Positions 34,967-46,500 of a stretch of 64,000 nt of DNA are shown piece after piece. This DNA is from a virus, in IMG/VR virus record IMGVR_UViG_3300032285_001268, positions 32,001 through 96,000 of that record. The stretch is one strand, 5' to 3'. Position numbers and translations under genes: made by a program. Below the pieces are notes generated by a model. The model had not been told where the DNA came from, made no database searches, and was given only the letters and a program-made list of their open reading frames with translations. The first letter of the stretch is position 1. Each line of letters begins with the position of its first letter.

Positions 34967-37900
34967 TTATTTTCCGCCCAAGCCTTTAATGGCTCCGGTG
35001 TTTTCTAAACGCAACGGTATGTAAATAAATTCTACTGCTTTAACAGGTTCAATTGCTATGTCAAGATGCAATTCGTTACGATCAATTCTTGCAGGTGTGT
35101 TGTTGCTAGTGTCACACACAACTAAGTAATCGTAAATGGCACGCTGACCTACTAATTCTAACATTAGGCTTTCTGCTGCCTGCTTAATTTCATTACGAGT
35201 AATTGTATCGTTTGGTTCAAACACATATGGTTTTGCCAATCTGTCAAGCTGTCTACGTAGATAAACAACTAAACGTGCTACGTTGATACGATCTAATGAA
35301 CTTGCAACTAGCTGACGTGTTTTTTGTCCGTAAGCCACTAAACCTACACCTGTTAAGTATGTAATTGGGTTTACGTTGTTTAATTGCAATGTATCACGTT
35401 GTCCTGTGTTTAATGCTACTGCATTAAATTCTCCAGTTTGTCCATCAACATATCCAACTGAGCTAGCGTTAGTAATACCACCACGACGTACACCAGCTGG
35501 TGCAAACCAAGGATAACTTACGTTGTCATTTAATGCAATAGTACGTAACATCATGTGGCTCGGTGGAACAACAATGTTGTTACCTAACAAGTCTGTTGAG
35601 TAGCCCCATGGATAGTAAATTCCGATATATGCATCTGTAGTTACTAGTCCTTCTTCGCTGTCAGTAACTGCGCTATTAACGTTCTGTGCCCAGTTGCCTA
35701 GTGTAGTTGCATCTGGTTTTAAACGTGCTGGAGTATCAGCAACAATAAATGCTGTTAGGCCGCGATCGTAGTTTAATGATTTCAATGCTGGAGTTGTTTC
35801 AATATAACCTGGGCATGATATTAAATTAAACACACGAGATTCGTTATCACGAATTTCTTGGTTACTATTAATTGTAGCATTTAACGCTGTTACAACAACT
35901 TCACGAACTGCCTTGCGTCCAAAACTTCCTGAACCATCAGCTTGATTAGCCGCGTAGCTTACCCAACGATCTGGGAAGTATGAGCTCATTAGTTCGTTGC
36001 TATGACGTGGATTTCTGTTGCTTGTGTTGATATGATTTTTAACATATTTCTTAACATTGAATCCTGAACGACGTAGATTCCATAACAACATTCCTTTTGG
36101 AAATAATGCTGGATCTGGTGCGTCTGGATCTAAAAAGTCACTGCTTAGTAAATTTATAATAGTACTTGGTGTATCAACAGTACCATTAGTATTCCAACGT
36201 GCATCTGCAAACAAAACACCGTTTTCACTAACTTGGTCAGTCTTGTCAACTAATACCCATAATTTTGTTGTAAAATTATACTTGTAAATTACTGGGAAAT
36301 TTTCAATATCCGCAGTATCGATCCATAGATCGCCGTTAGCCAATGCAGTGCCATCGCTTTGTACAGTAGGTTGTGTTGCTGAAACAATCGGACCAGCTGG
36401 GTCAGTTGTCGAACCGCCTGCTTGATTTTGTGTGAAGTTCAAATAGCCAACCCATGTTGTACCATTGTTAACCATGATATCGATTGCGCCAGTAATGTTA
36501 GTATCATACCAGATAGTACCATCTGCGGCTGTGCTAGTTGGAGCAGAGTTGCTCACATTAGCAAATCCTAATTGTGTACCAGGTGCTACCGAACTCCATA
36601 AGCTAGCAACGTAGCTTCCGTTGGTGCCTGTTGGGCTAGAATAAAAATTAGTTGTAATGCCTGGGGTAAACAACTTACCGACTGGGCCAGTTGTTGCGTT
36701 TGGCGTTGTATCAACTAAGCGGAAGTCACCGCCTGCAATATGTGAAATTGTAATTGTATTATCAGAATTTAATGTTGCTACCAAATTTGAATTTGGTAAA
36801 GCGGCTGTAAATGCTGTTAAAAATGCCTGAGCATCTGCTGTTGCATTTCCTGTTGCTGTGAAACTAACTGTAGTAGACGCTGTTAAACTTGTGCTACCGA
36901 TCACGCTTTCTTGTACTGTAAATGCGTTAGCACCAGAAACAAATGTTGATGCTTGTACAGGAACTGATACAATAGATGCAGCACCTGCACCAGTTCTAAT
37001 GTATAATTTAAAGTTAGACAATGCTGGAGCAACTTCACCGTCATTGTATTTTACATAGATAGATCCTGTAGCTAGATTTGCACCGCCACCTGTTGGATCT
37101 AATACAGCTAATGCGCTTTGTCCGTTTGCGCTAACTGAAACTTTTTGTTCTACCCATGCACTAGTAGTTGCATTGTATTTTTTAACCACCCAATCAGCAC
37201 CAAGATTTGGCTGGGTTGTCTTAACCCAAATAGAACCAGTTGGATAACCATTTGCTGAACTTGTATTATCAGTTCTCTTGAATGTTGGAACTTGATAGTG
37301 CGGAGCAATTACTAAACTTGGAGCAAGATATGTAGTTGAAGACAATCCAACTTTTGCTACAGATGTACCGCTTAGTACAATTGAAACACCTGTTGAAAAT
37401 AAATTCAAATAACCGTTAATATTGCCTGCTGTAACACCAGTGATATTTGCGGCATTGATTGCAGTGATTAAACCAGTTAAGGTTGTTTGTCCTGTAATAG
37501 TATTACCGTTGATAACCAGTGTATCACCTGATAATAATGTTATGCTAGAATTAGGAGTTGTACCAGTCGCTGTAGGCCAACTTGCGGCCCATGCACTAGT
37601 TCCAACTTCTACCCACACACCTGCGGCACTTGCTGAGAGATATTTTTTAAAGAATAATTTTTGTAGTGTTGTAACCGCTACAATAGCGTAGTCACCAATC
37701 GCACCAACGCTTGGATTAATTGTTGTATAGGTTAATGTTGAACCATTCCAGTTAGATAATTTACTAGTATCTGTAATTACAGTAACTGATTGATTTGTAA
37801 ATGTTTGGCCGCCAGTTGTAGTAGCTGCCGCTGAATTCCATTCGAAGATACCGTATTTTGTACCTACAGTGTCTAACCAAATTGTGCCATCTGGAGGTGG

Positions 37901-38287
37901 GCTTGTTGGAGTGTTTGTCGATCCGCTTAGTGATGCTAGGTCAACATCTGCACGTACAACATACGCACGATTGCTTACTCCTAAGAAGCTGTATGCGGCT
38001 TCTAGACCATATTCGTTTTGTTCTCCAGCGTGGATCGGATTGTTTTCTGCGTCGGTATAAAACTTTGGAATACCGAATGTGTCAGAAACATCTTTCTGGC
38101 TGGTTAATAAGTAAACCTTACCAGCGTTTGCCGCTGTTGTGCCGGGAGCAGTACCTGTTCCTGCACCGTTAGCTTTGTTTTGCGCTGACGCAACAACAAA
38201 CAAAGGAACTGTACCTGCTGCCGCCGGAGTATAAAAACTCTCATCAACGACTGTTACCGATACGCCTGGTGAATTTAATGTAGCCAT
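34967..38287 (-). CDS. gp18: Contractile tail sheath protein (gp18-like), enlarged
   Basis: SPGVSVTVVDES N-terminus; PWFAPAG..RG, NPI, GQKT, DRINVARL, FEPND and PVKAVEFI C-terminal motifs. Confidence 0.95.
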   Translation of the reverse strand: MATLNSPGVSVTVVDESFYTPAAAGTVPLFVVASAQNKANGAGTGTAPGTTAANAGKVYLLTSQKDVSDTFGIPKFYTDAENNPIHAGEQNEYGLEAAYSFLGVSNRAYVVRADVDLASLSGSTNTPTSPPPDGTIWLDTVGTKYGIFEWNSAAATTTGGQTFTNQSVTVITDTSKLSNWNGSTLTYTTINPSVGAIGDYAIVAVTTLQKLFFKKYLSASAAGVWVEVGTSAWAASWPTATGTTPNSSITLLSGDTLVINGNTITGQTTLTGLITAINAANITGVTAGNINGYLNLFSTGVSIVLSGTSVAKVGLSSTTYLAPSLVIAPHYQVPTFKRTDNTSSANGYPTGSIWVKTTQPNLGADWVVKKYNATTSAWVEQKVSVSANGQSALAVLDPTGGGANLATGSIYVKYNDGEVAPALSNFKLYIRTGAGAASIVSVPVQASTFVSGANAFTVQESVIGSTSLTASTTVSFTATGNATADAQAFLTAFTAALPNSNLVATLNSDNTITISHIAGGDFRLVDTTPNATTGPVGKLFTPGITTNFYSSPTGTNGSYVASLWSSVAPGTQLGFANVSNSAPTSTAADGTIWYDTNITGAIDIMVNNGTTWVGYLNFTQNQAGGSTTDPAGPIVSATQPTVQSDGTALANGDLWIDTADIENFPVIYKYNFTTKLWVLVDKTDQVSENGVLFADARWNTNGTVDTPSTIINLLSSDFLDPDAPDPALFPKGMLLWNLRRSGFNVKKYVKNHINTSNRNPRHSNELMSSYFPDRWVSYAANQADGSGSFGRKAVREVVVTALNATINSNQEIRDNESRVFNLISCPGYIETTPALKSLNYDRGLTAFIVADTPARLKPDATTLGNWAQNVNSAVTDSEEGLVTTDAYIGIYYPWGYSTDLLGNNIVVPPSHMMLRTIALNDNVSYPWFAPAGVRRGGITNASSVGYVDGQTGEFNAVALNTGQRDTLQLNNVNPITYLTGVGLVAYGQKTRQLVASSLDRINVARLVVYLRRQLDRLAKPYVFEPNDTITRNEIKQAAESLMLELVGQRAIYDYLVVCDTSNNTPARIDRNELHLDIAIEPVKAVEFIYIPLRLENTGAIKGLGGK

Positions 38288-38393
38288 TCTTTTCTCTCCA
38301 TGATGACATGTGCTTAGTAGTATTTATAGCTTTTGGACTTTTTATGCTAGTTAAAGCACCGAGAAAAGGGGCAAAAAAGGCTTAAATATTTTT

Positions 38394-38729
38394 ATGAGAC
38401 CATTATGCACCTGCGGGTATAGACCAGCCGCTATTAACTATGTTAAGAACGGTCGTACTTACTATCGAAAACTATGCGAAGCCTGCCTTAAGGGCGGAAA
38501 ATATGCTGGTATTGCCAGGTGGCATCGTGCTGGTTATAAAATAAAAACCCAATGCGATAAATGTGGATTTAGATCACCGCACACAGAAGTGTTTAATGTT
38601 TTTCACGTAGACGGTGATCTAAATAACTGCAAACATACTAATCTTAAGACGGTATGTGCAAACTGTCAGCGAACTCTGCATAAAGAGGGAGTGGTGTGGC
38701 GTCAGGGCGATTTAACACCAGACTTTTAA
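38394..38729 (+). CDS. HNH endonuclease with zinc fingers
   Basis: CDKCG...VFHVDGDLNNCKHTNLKTVCANC. Confidence 0.8.
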   Translation: MRPLCTCGYRPAAINYVKNGRTYYRKLCEACLKGGKYAGIARWHRAGYKIKTQCDKCGFRSPHTEVFNVFHVDGDLNNCKHTNLKTVCANCQRTLHKEGVVWRQGDLTPDF

Positions 38730-39324
38730 CTTGAGTGTATAGATCATCAATAGTTTCGTTGTTGTCTAATACATAGTCAAAATTAGTGCCAACCCATGCA
38801 GTTTCGCTAGCGTGTATGCCGTAACTGGCTAGCTTTTCTTTGAACATATCCATGCCCTCGTTGGCGTATTTTGCCACAGCATACCATTCGGGTTCCTCAC
38901 CACGAACTACACGGATAACGATTCCGCCCGCATCTTTGATTGATTTAATTTCGTTAGGGAAACGACAGTCGCTGATAACAATGTCGTCTTTACTATTACG
39001 GAGTTTGTTTTCTAGACTAGCAATCCATATATCATCGTGGAATGCTTTGCGGCATACTTCTGTGCCCCAATATTGTAGTACCCATCGAGGAGTTAAGTTG
39101 GGCATATTCAAGCGTTCGCTCCACCACGGATCTACTTGCTCACGCCATTCGCGAGCAGTTTTTGTTCGGCCTTCTAGCATTGTTCGGTCCCAACCGAATA
39201 CTTGTGCTACTGCATCTTTGAGTGAATTTGCAAACGATTCTCGACGAAAACCGTGAAAGTTAGTAAGATAATCGGCAATAGTATCCTTGCCAGAACCGAT
39301 AAAACCGCACACACCAATAATCAT
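38644..39324 (-). CDS. Deoxynucleoside monophosphate kinase (T4 gp1-like)
   Basis: IIGVCGFIGSGKDT, FANSLKD, TPRWVLQYWGTE, ISDCRFPNE, HASE. Confidence 0.88.
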   Translation of the reverse strand: MIIGVCGFIGSGKDTIADYLTNFHGFRRESFANSLKDAVAQVFGWDRTMLEGRTKTAREWREQVDPWWSERLNMPNLTPRWVLQYWGTEVCRKAFHDDIWIASLENKLRNSKDDIVISDCRFPNEIKSIKDAGGIVIRVVRGEEPEWYAVAKYANEGMDMFKEKLASYGIHASETAWVGTNFDYVLDNNETIDDLYTQVKSLVLNRPDATPLPLYAEFADSLHIPS

Positions 39325-39382
39325 AGAGCCCCCTAAAGTAACTCTAGTATATAACAGTTTTATTACAAGGTCAAATTATTTG

Positions 39383-40168
39383 TTAGCCAAGAACAAAATA
39401 GTAGCCCGATCCACCAGCAACGTAGGTGTCCAATTCTTTATCGAGTCTTTCAAAATCTTCTTTTGCACTATTTTTTAAATCAGTACCATTTAGAGTAATG
39501 GGACTTTGTGGGCCAGCAATACTAGCAAACTTACTACGTGCTTCGCCCAAAATTTGTTTACATACTGCTAGGGAATAATCACGTAGCCATTGCTTGGCTT
39601 GGTAATCCTGTAGTAATACCCAGTCTGGTCGATAGTTGTAGCTCTGTACTAGAATCTGTTCGCCTTGGGCAAACGGGCGTTGTAGAATAGTTAAGGTGTG
39701 ACTTGTTGGTTTCCAAGCAAATTCAATATAGCTACCAAACATGCGTCCTACCAGTTTCTGATAGCCAGCAAACATGTCGTAAGTTGCTAGACCGCCCATC
39801 ATACTACCGCTCATCAAGTAGGTGTTTGTGTACGCCAAGTTGAACGGCTCGAACAATGTTCCGCCTGCACCTAAACCACTCCTTGAACCCACTGCTCTGC
39901 GGAATACTTGACGAACTGTCATAACTTCGTCCGGTAATCTATACTCGTTAATGTCCTGTATGAGTTCTAAAAACAAGTAACTTTCTTCTACAGCATTGGG
40001 GCTTTTTTGACGATAGCGTGTTAATGCACGATCTAGCGCAGTTTCATAATGTATAGGGTCTAGTTCTACTTCGATCATGCCGTCGCCCAACATGTTCTTA
40101 ACATAGCTAAAAACCTTGTTGCGTTCTACGGTAGAATTAGATTCAACTGATGATGGTAAATCGTCCAT
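39383..40168 (-). CDS. gp13: Neck protein (gp13-like)
   Basis: IEVELD, WLRDYSLAVCKQILGEARSKF..I.GP..ITLNG; likely start 40168 after GGAG. Confidence 0.8.
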   Translation of the reverse strand: MDDLPSSVESNSTVERNKVFSYVKNMLGDGMIEVELDPIHYETALDRALTRYRQKSPNAVEESYLFLELIQDINEYRLPDEVMTVRQVFRRAVGSRSGLGAGGTLFEPFNLAYTNTYLMSGSMMGGLATYDMFAGYQKLVGRMFGSYIEFAWKPTSHTLTILQRPFAQGEQILVQSYNYRPDWVLLQDYQAKQWLRDYSLAVCKQILGEARSKFASIAGPQSPITLNGTDLKNSAKEDFERLDKELDTYVAGGSGYYFVLG

Positions 40169-40228
40169 AATTTGCTCTCCATACATATTTATCGTCATTA
40201 GGCGAGAGTATATTGCGATAAATATCAT

Positions 40229-41671
40229 ATGCCACGTTTATCCTTATACAAGCCCGAAAAAGGCAACGACTATAAATTTATAGATCGCCAAGCTAGCGAG
40301 ATGTTTCAAGCTGGCGGTACAGATGTGTATTTGCACAAATATTTAGGGTCAAATACCGACCCTGCGAATGCCACAGCCGCTACTCCAAACTATTCAACAC
40401 TTAGCCCAACAAATATCCAAGATTTACTATTTTTAGAAAATCGAGATAGAACTTACGATACTGAAATTTATCGTATCCGAGGCATATACAATGTTCAAAA
40501 TATTGACTTTAATCTAAGTCAATTTGGCCTGTTTATTGATAACGACACATTGTTTATGACTGTGCATATTAACGATTTTATCAAGTATGTGGGTCGAAAA
40601 CCAATCAGCGGCGATGTATTAGAATTACCACATCTAAGAGATACGTTTGCACTCGACGACCACGACGTTAGTTTACCTCGATACTATGTTATAGAGGACG
40701 TTGGCCGTGCAAGTGAAGGATTTTCAGTAACATGGTTTCCACATTTATATCGATTAAAACTTAAGAAGGTTACTGATAGCCAACAGTTTTCACAACTGTT
40801 CAGCCAACCTGTGCTTGATTCTAACGGTGACGCTACTAATACCACACTCAAAGAATTGTTGAGTACATATAACAATGAGTTGGCTATTAATGATCAACTT
40901 ATTGCTCAAGCTGAAGATGATGCTCCTAAGAGTGGTTATGAAACTAGACAGTTCTATACACTATCTGTTGACTCTAAGGGAGTTCCAGTTTTAAACACTG
41001 CCGACGAAGATGATATCGACGCTAGTTCAATGGGGTCTTCTATACATGCTAGTCAAGTTGATGCTGTACCGCAACGTAGCGGATATACTGGATACTTGCT
41101 AGGTGATGGTTTCCCTGTTAACGGATACGATTTTGGATTTGGTATTCAATTCCCTGCATCTGCGGCCAAGGAAGATTTCTTTCTAAGAACAGATTTTTTA
41201 CCTAATAGATTATTTAAATTTGATGGTATTCGTTGGATTAAAGTTGAAGACGCTGTTCGGATGACTATGACTAATAACGATTCTCGCCAGACTCTCAAGA
41301 CAGGATTTATCAATAACGATAAATTTACCTATAATGACGAACTTGCTTCTGATGTAGTTGTCTTGACTGCTGGAGATCATATAATTAACACGACTATTGA
41401 TTACCAAGTACCATTATACGTAACACTAAAACTAGAAACTATTATATTAGAATACGCATTGTCAGACTATTCTGGATTAGTTTCTAGCTACGCTTATACA
41501 GATCCAACGACCCATACAACTAGCAATAAAATTAGAATTACACTACCTATTATATCAACAACACAGCAAACGATCCCATATAACGGACAGTGGACTGTGA
41601 AAATCTATAACTACAGAGAATCACAAAAACAAAGCCTTAGCAAGGCTCTTAGACCTAAGGCAGATTTATAA
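40229..41671 (+). CDS. gp14: Neck/head-closure protein (gp14-like)
   Basis: GTDVYLHKY, FLENRDR, LSQFGLF, P..GDVLELP. Confidence 0.75.
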   Translation: MPRLSLYKPEKGNDYKFIDRQASEMFQAGGTDVYLHKYLGSNTDPANATAATPNYSTLSPTNIQDLLFLENRDRTYDTEIYRIRGIYNVQNIDFNLSQFGLFIDNDTLFMTVHINDFIKYVGRKPISGDVLELPHLRDTFALDDHDVSLPRYYVIEDVGRASEGFSVTWFPHLYRLKLKKVTDSQQFSQLFSQPVLDSNGDATNTTLKELLSTYNNELAINDQLIAQAEDDAPKSGYETRQFYTLSVDSKGVPVLNTADEDDIDASSMGSSIHASQVDAVPQRSGYTGYLLGDGFPVNGYDFGFGIQFPASAAKEDFFLRTDFLPNRLFKFDGIRWIKVEDAVRMTMTNNDSRQTLKTGFINNDKFTYNDELASDVVVLTAGDHIINTTIDYQVPLYVTLKLETIILEYALSDYSGLVSSYAYTDPTTHTTSNKIRITLPIISTTQQTIPYNGQWTVKIYNYRESQKQSLSKALRPKADL

Positions 41672-43125
41672 TGCAATATTTTTATGATGGACAGATAAGA
41701 CGATATTTGTTACAGACTATTCGTGTCTTGAGCAACTTTGTTGTCAAATACGGTGACGGCACTTTACATCGAATACCTGTATTGTACGGAGATGCCGACC
41801 GTCAAGTGGCCAGCATCATGCGTAAAAATTCAGAAAATGCTGTCAACTCTATTCCTCGTATGAGTGTGTATATTAAGAGTTTAGCATTAGATCAGTCAAG
41901 ATTAGCTGATTCAACTTATGTTGGAAAACTACATTTTAGAGAGCGCGATATTGACCCAGGCACAGGTAGCTATAATCAAAGTCAAGGCAGAAACTATACA
42001 GTAGAACGTTTGATGCCAACGCCGTTTAAATTGACCATAGCTGTTGATATTTTGACCAGTAGTACTGAGCAGAAATTACAGGTGATGGAACAGATACTAG
42101 TATTGTTTAATCCTAGTTTAGAATTACAAACAACTGACAATTATATTGACTGGACTAGTTTAAGTGTGCTAACACTAAATGATGTACATTGGTCAAGTCG
42201 TAGCGTGCCGGTTGGTAATGATACTCCGATTGACGTGGGAACTTTAACTCTTGATGCTCCGATCTGGATCAGTCCTCCAGTCAAGGTCAAACACTTGGGT
42301 GTAATTACAAAAATATTTACTAGCCTTTATAACAGTGCAACTGAAAGCGAAATTGGCTATGTTGACGGATTAGGCGTAGATGCTACAGATTCTACAATTA
42401 GTTTCAGTGATTTGCTTTCAGAAGATATTACAACGATTTCGACTTATAAAATCGCTGTGTATAATAAACAGGCAGTATTGCTTAAGAACACTGAAAATGT
42501 TGTTCCAGTAGAACCAACACTGGATATTCCAGAGCCACAAGGTACACCAAACAACTGGCAAGAATTTTTAAATCAATATCCTGGAAAATATAAAGCTGGG
42601 TCTAGTCAAATATTTTTAATGCAACCTAATGGTACTGAAGTTATTGGAAGTATTGCTGTTAATACCACTAACAATAGTTTATTAATGATTGACTGGGACG
42701 CTGATACCTTAACTACCAATACCGGTATAGATAGTAATGGTGTTTTTGATTATCAACCGGGCTATGATGCTCCCGGAAGCTATAGAAGTAATAGTCCAGG
42801 AACATTTGATGCTATAGTAAATCCACAAACCTATAATCCAGGGTCATTAAGTGCAGGGCATCGATTCTTAATTATTGATGATATTGGTAGCGAAATTAAC
42901 ACTAATCCTGCACCCGCATGGGGTAGCCTGGTTGCCAAAGCCAATGACATCATTGAATACACTGGCACACATTGGTCTGTTGTCTTTAGGGCTAGTCACA
43001 ACGAGCACAACATGGTCTGGCAAACTAATATATACACAGGAGTTCAGTATCTATGGAACGGTATTTCATGGATTAAGAGCTTTGAAGGTGAATATGGACC
43101 AGGTCAATGGAGACTAAAACTTTAA
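41671..43125 (+). CDS. gp15: Tail terminator / sheath stabiliser (gp15-like) with C-terminal extension
   Basis: YFYDGQIRRY, IPVLYG, PRMS, MPTPF, EQILVLFNP. Confidence 0.8.
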   Translation: MQYFYDGQIRRYLLQTIRVLSNFVVKYGDGTLHRIPVLYGDADRQVASIMRKNSENAVNSIPRMSVYIKSLALDQSRLADSTYVGKLHFRERDIDPGTGSYNQSQGRNYTVERLMPTPFKLTIAVDILTSSTEQKLQVMEQILVLFNPSLELQTTDNYIDWTSLSVLTLNDVHWSSRSVPVGNDTPIDVGTLTLDAPIWISPPVKVKHLGVITKIFTSLYNSATESEIGYVDGLGVDATDSTISFSDLLSEDITTISTYKIAVYNKQAVLLKNTENVVPVEPTLDIPEPQGTPNNWQEFLNQYPGKYKAGSSQIFLMQPNGTEVIGSIAVNTTNNSLLMIDWDADTLTTNTGIDSNGVFDYQPGYDAPGSYRSNSPGTFDAIVNPQTYNPGSLSAGHRFLIIDDIGSEINTNPAPAWGSLVAKANDIIEYTGTHWSVVFRASHNEHNMVWQTNIYTGVQYLWNGISWIKSFEGEYGPGQWRLKL

Positions 43126-43556
43126 ACGAACAGATAGTATGCAGTGGTGCTTTGATCTACAGCAAAGTAACTCATCGATGTCTACTGGTTCAAAAAGCTC
43201 AGGGAAAACATTCGGGAACTTGGGGTTTAGTCGGCGGAACTAACATCGAAGGCGAAACTGCTTGGCAGGGTCTACAGCGCGAAATCCAAGAAGAAATTGG
43301 TTTTATTCCTGAGATAGCTAAAACACTACCTCTTGAAAAATTTACCAGTAATGACAGCGTGTTTAATTTCCACACGTATTTCTGTATAGTAGAACAAGAA
43401 TTTATCCCCATACTAAGCGATGAACACACAGCATGGGGATGGTTTGATCTCAGCTGTTTTCCTAAGCCTGTACACAAAGGACTAGATCTTAGTCTTAGAA
43501 ATAAAATAATCCAAACTAAAATACAAACAATAATAGACATTATTGACAGCCTATAA
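43107..43556 (+). CDS. NUDIX hydrolase
   Basis: Nudix box GGTNIEGETAWQGLQREIQEEIG. Confidence 0.88.
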   Translation: METKTLNEQIVCSGALIYSKVTHRCLLVQKAQGKHSGTWGLVGGTNIEGETAWQGLQREIQEEIGFIPEIAKTLPLEKFTSNDSVFNFHTYFCIVEQEFIPILSDEHTAWGWFDLSCFPKPVHKGLDLSLRNKIIQTKIQTIIDIIDSL

Positions 43557-43579
43557 AAAAGCCCCTTTCGGGGCTTTTT
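43555..43579. terminator. Bidirectional terminator between convergent genes
   Basis: A6-GCCC-CTTTC-GGGC-T5. Confidence 0.8.
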
Positions 43580-43585
43580 GTTTGA

Positions 43586-46500
43586 TTACGCTTGAGCTTC
43601 ACCCCAACGTAGAATCATGTTAGTGTTAATTGGCGCACCTTGTGTAATATACGCATTAACAAACAATACGTCTGGTCCGTTTGGATAAGCACCACGGCCA
43701 CCGATCGCTGTGTTTGTCAATTCTTTCAAGAATGTCAAATCTAACGAGTCTTTGTTAGCTGGTGAGTTAATGAACGAGAATACTGTTTCACCTGGTGTTG
43801 CATAAGTACCGCGGCTAAACGTTATTACGTTACCAGAACTTAGTGCCGCTAGCACTGGTGAACTAATGGTAATGTTTAGGCCGTTAATTGCAGTTACCTT
43901 AGTGTTACCAGACATTGCTGAGTTAGTTGTTACAGAAACAACGTCGTCACCCACTTGAATACCGGTTGTGTTGTTAACTGGAATTACTGAAACACCAATT
44001 GCAACTGTACCTGTACATGTTGTGCTATTAGTAGCAGAGTTTGTAAACACAATGCTAGTACCAGCCGCAACTTGTGAGAAACTTGGTTGACCAGTTGGAA
44101 TAGTTGGGCTGTTCAAACTGTTAAACACAATGTTACTTGCACTTGTTGGGTAATTACTTGGGTTAATAATCGCTTCAATAACAATGGCCGCGTTAGTACC
44201 AGCAGTACCTGTGGTTGATTCTAGACCTTGTAGCAAGAATGACGCACGATTAATAAGTTCACGCTGTCCTAGGTCACCTGTTAGAGCATTACTCACTGAC
44301 GGTGCTAGTCGAATAGCAAACAATGTTGTACGTTTTGTTGTAATGTTAACGTTAATAGACTGATAGCTGAAAATGTATGAACGGTCTGTATCAAAACCAC
44401 CGTCTTGTACAAAGGCCGCACCCCAGTGACTTACAATCGGACTGGCACTTGGCAGTACTAGGATCACACCAGCTGTTGGTGCGTGTACAGTAGGTGCACC
44501 AGCTGTAAATGTTCTGTAACCGCCAGTTGCCCAAGGTACAATAGTAGCTTGACGTGTACAACCAGTTAGTCCGCCTGCGGTAAACCAATACAAGCTGTTA
44601 GGTGCAGTGACCGTAACTTGGTTTAGTTGAGCGCCACCTTGTGTTGCGGCTAGTGTAATTGTTGTTCCGCCTGCTGGAATACTTTGAACATAATATGTAA
44701 CGTTACTTTGCAAATTACCTAGTGTGTTACCATAGTCGTTGACAAAAACAATTGGTTGTCCAACTGCTAGTCCTGCAGAACTATCTACCCTAACCACGTT
44801 ACCTGTTGAACTAGTACCTGTGGCTGTAATTTGATATTTGCCTGTGTAGCTGATCAATTCGTTATCGACATAGACTACCGGAGCAATCGAAGGAGTTGGA
44901 GCCGCTGGGAATAAACTAGCGTCCTTAATAGGAATTACTGTGTCAGTTAGACTTACGTTAACACTTCCCGTGATATAGCTCTTGGCATTTGAATCATTTA
45001 GAACTTCGTAGCGCACAGGCATGTTACCTGCTCGCATCCATGCTTCGTTGTTCAAGTTGTTGTTACGCAATCTGTGACAGAAAACATAATCGCCTTTTGG
45101 ACCACGGAACATCCAATCAATCGCACCAGCACCGTACCATGTCCATTGCATACCGACCATGTTCATCTTGGTTTGATCAATCTTGTATCCTGATGTATTA
45201 TAAGGACTGTTGCTACCGTCCATACGGTCAAAGTTCCATTTGCTTTGCGGAACTACGTAGTCAACTGTCTTGGTAATCTTAATACCTGATACGTTTTGTG
45301 CGCCACGCCATTGTGGGTTGACGTACATTAGTGTGTCTGAAACAACCTGTGTTACCATGTGGCTCATACCGCGGATAACAATCTTGTCGCCTGCGGCCAA
45401 TTGTGCTTGGAAGCGTGTGTTAACACCGATAATTTGTCCAGAGTCAACAACTACAGAAATTGTACCTGCTAGTTGGAATGTTGAACTGCGTCGTACAACT
45501 GAAATAACTTGTCCATCGTACTGGAAGAATACACCGTTTTGTTCGTCGTATGTTCCAGAGCGTACCACAGCACCGTACCAGTTTACTAGACTTAGCAAAC
45601 ATGGATCTTGGATTTGTGCGCCAACTGCTGGGTTAATTGCACCCAATACCTGTGTAGCTGTTACAGTTAGTGTACGTTCGTCAATGATACCAGTTACAAC
45701 ATAGTTGCCGTTAAAACCACTAGTCAATACACCGCTTAGGTTAATAGTAGATCCTACCTGTGCTCCGTGATCAGTATCGTCTGTGGTGATTGTAATTGTT
45801 GATCCAATCGCTGTACCATTGGCCACTACTGAACGAACAAAGTAGTTTGGCGCCATTAGTAAACCAGTATTGAAGTTAATAGCCTTACCAGACTGGTAAC
45901 GAATATATTTCTTACTCATACGTATCGCTTGCGCACCGTGACTTGGTAAACTTGTACCTAGTTGTACACCACCGTCTAGTGGACGATGTGAGTAGAATGA
46001 GTCAGGACGAGCATATAGCTGTCCTTGTACAGTAGTTGCCGCTGTGATAAAACCTGGGCTACGTGCTGTAAATGTAAATGATGTCAAGCTAGTTGTCTGC
46101 TCAACAAAGAATGGTCCTGATAGTAACAAGTGATTGTTATTACCGTTATCAGAGAATATGTAGTTTAGGATTGTACATCCTGGAACAAATCCATGTGGTG
46201 TAACAGTATTAACTGTACAGGTCACATAGGCACTTGTTGACACAAAAGTGTTTGTACTAGATACAGAACCAGTTGAAGTGCTTACTGTGTAAGTACCTGC
46301 GCCACCTGGAGTTCCGTTAACCTGTGCTGTGATAAATGTTAAACTTGGCACAGTATTACCTGTGTTAAGTGCAATACCTTGACCAACTGCTAGTGTACCG
46401 CTGGCCACTGCTGAAACTGTCAGTGTGCTGCCTGTTAGTGCCGCAGTAAACGAACATGAAGTAGTTGGTGTTGAGTAGGTAAATGTTGGCAAACTGACCA

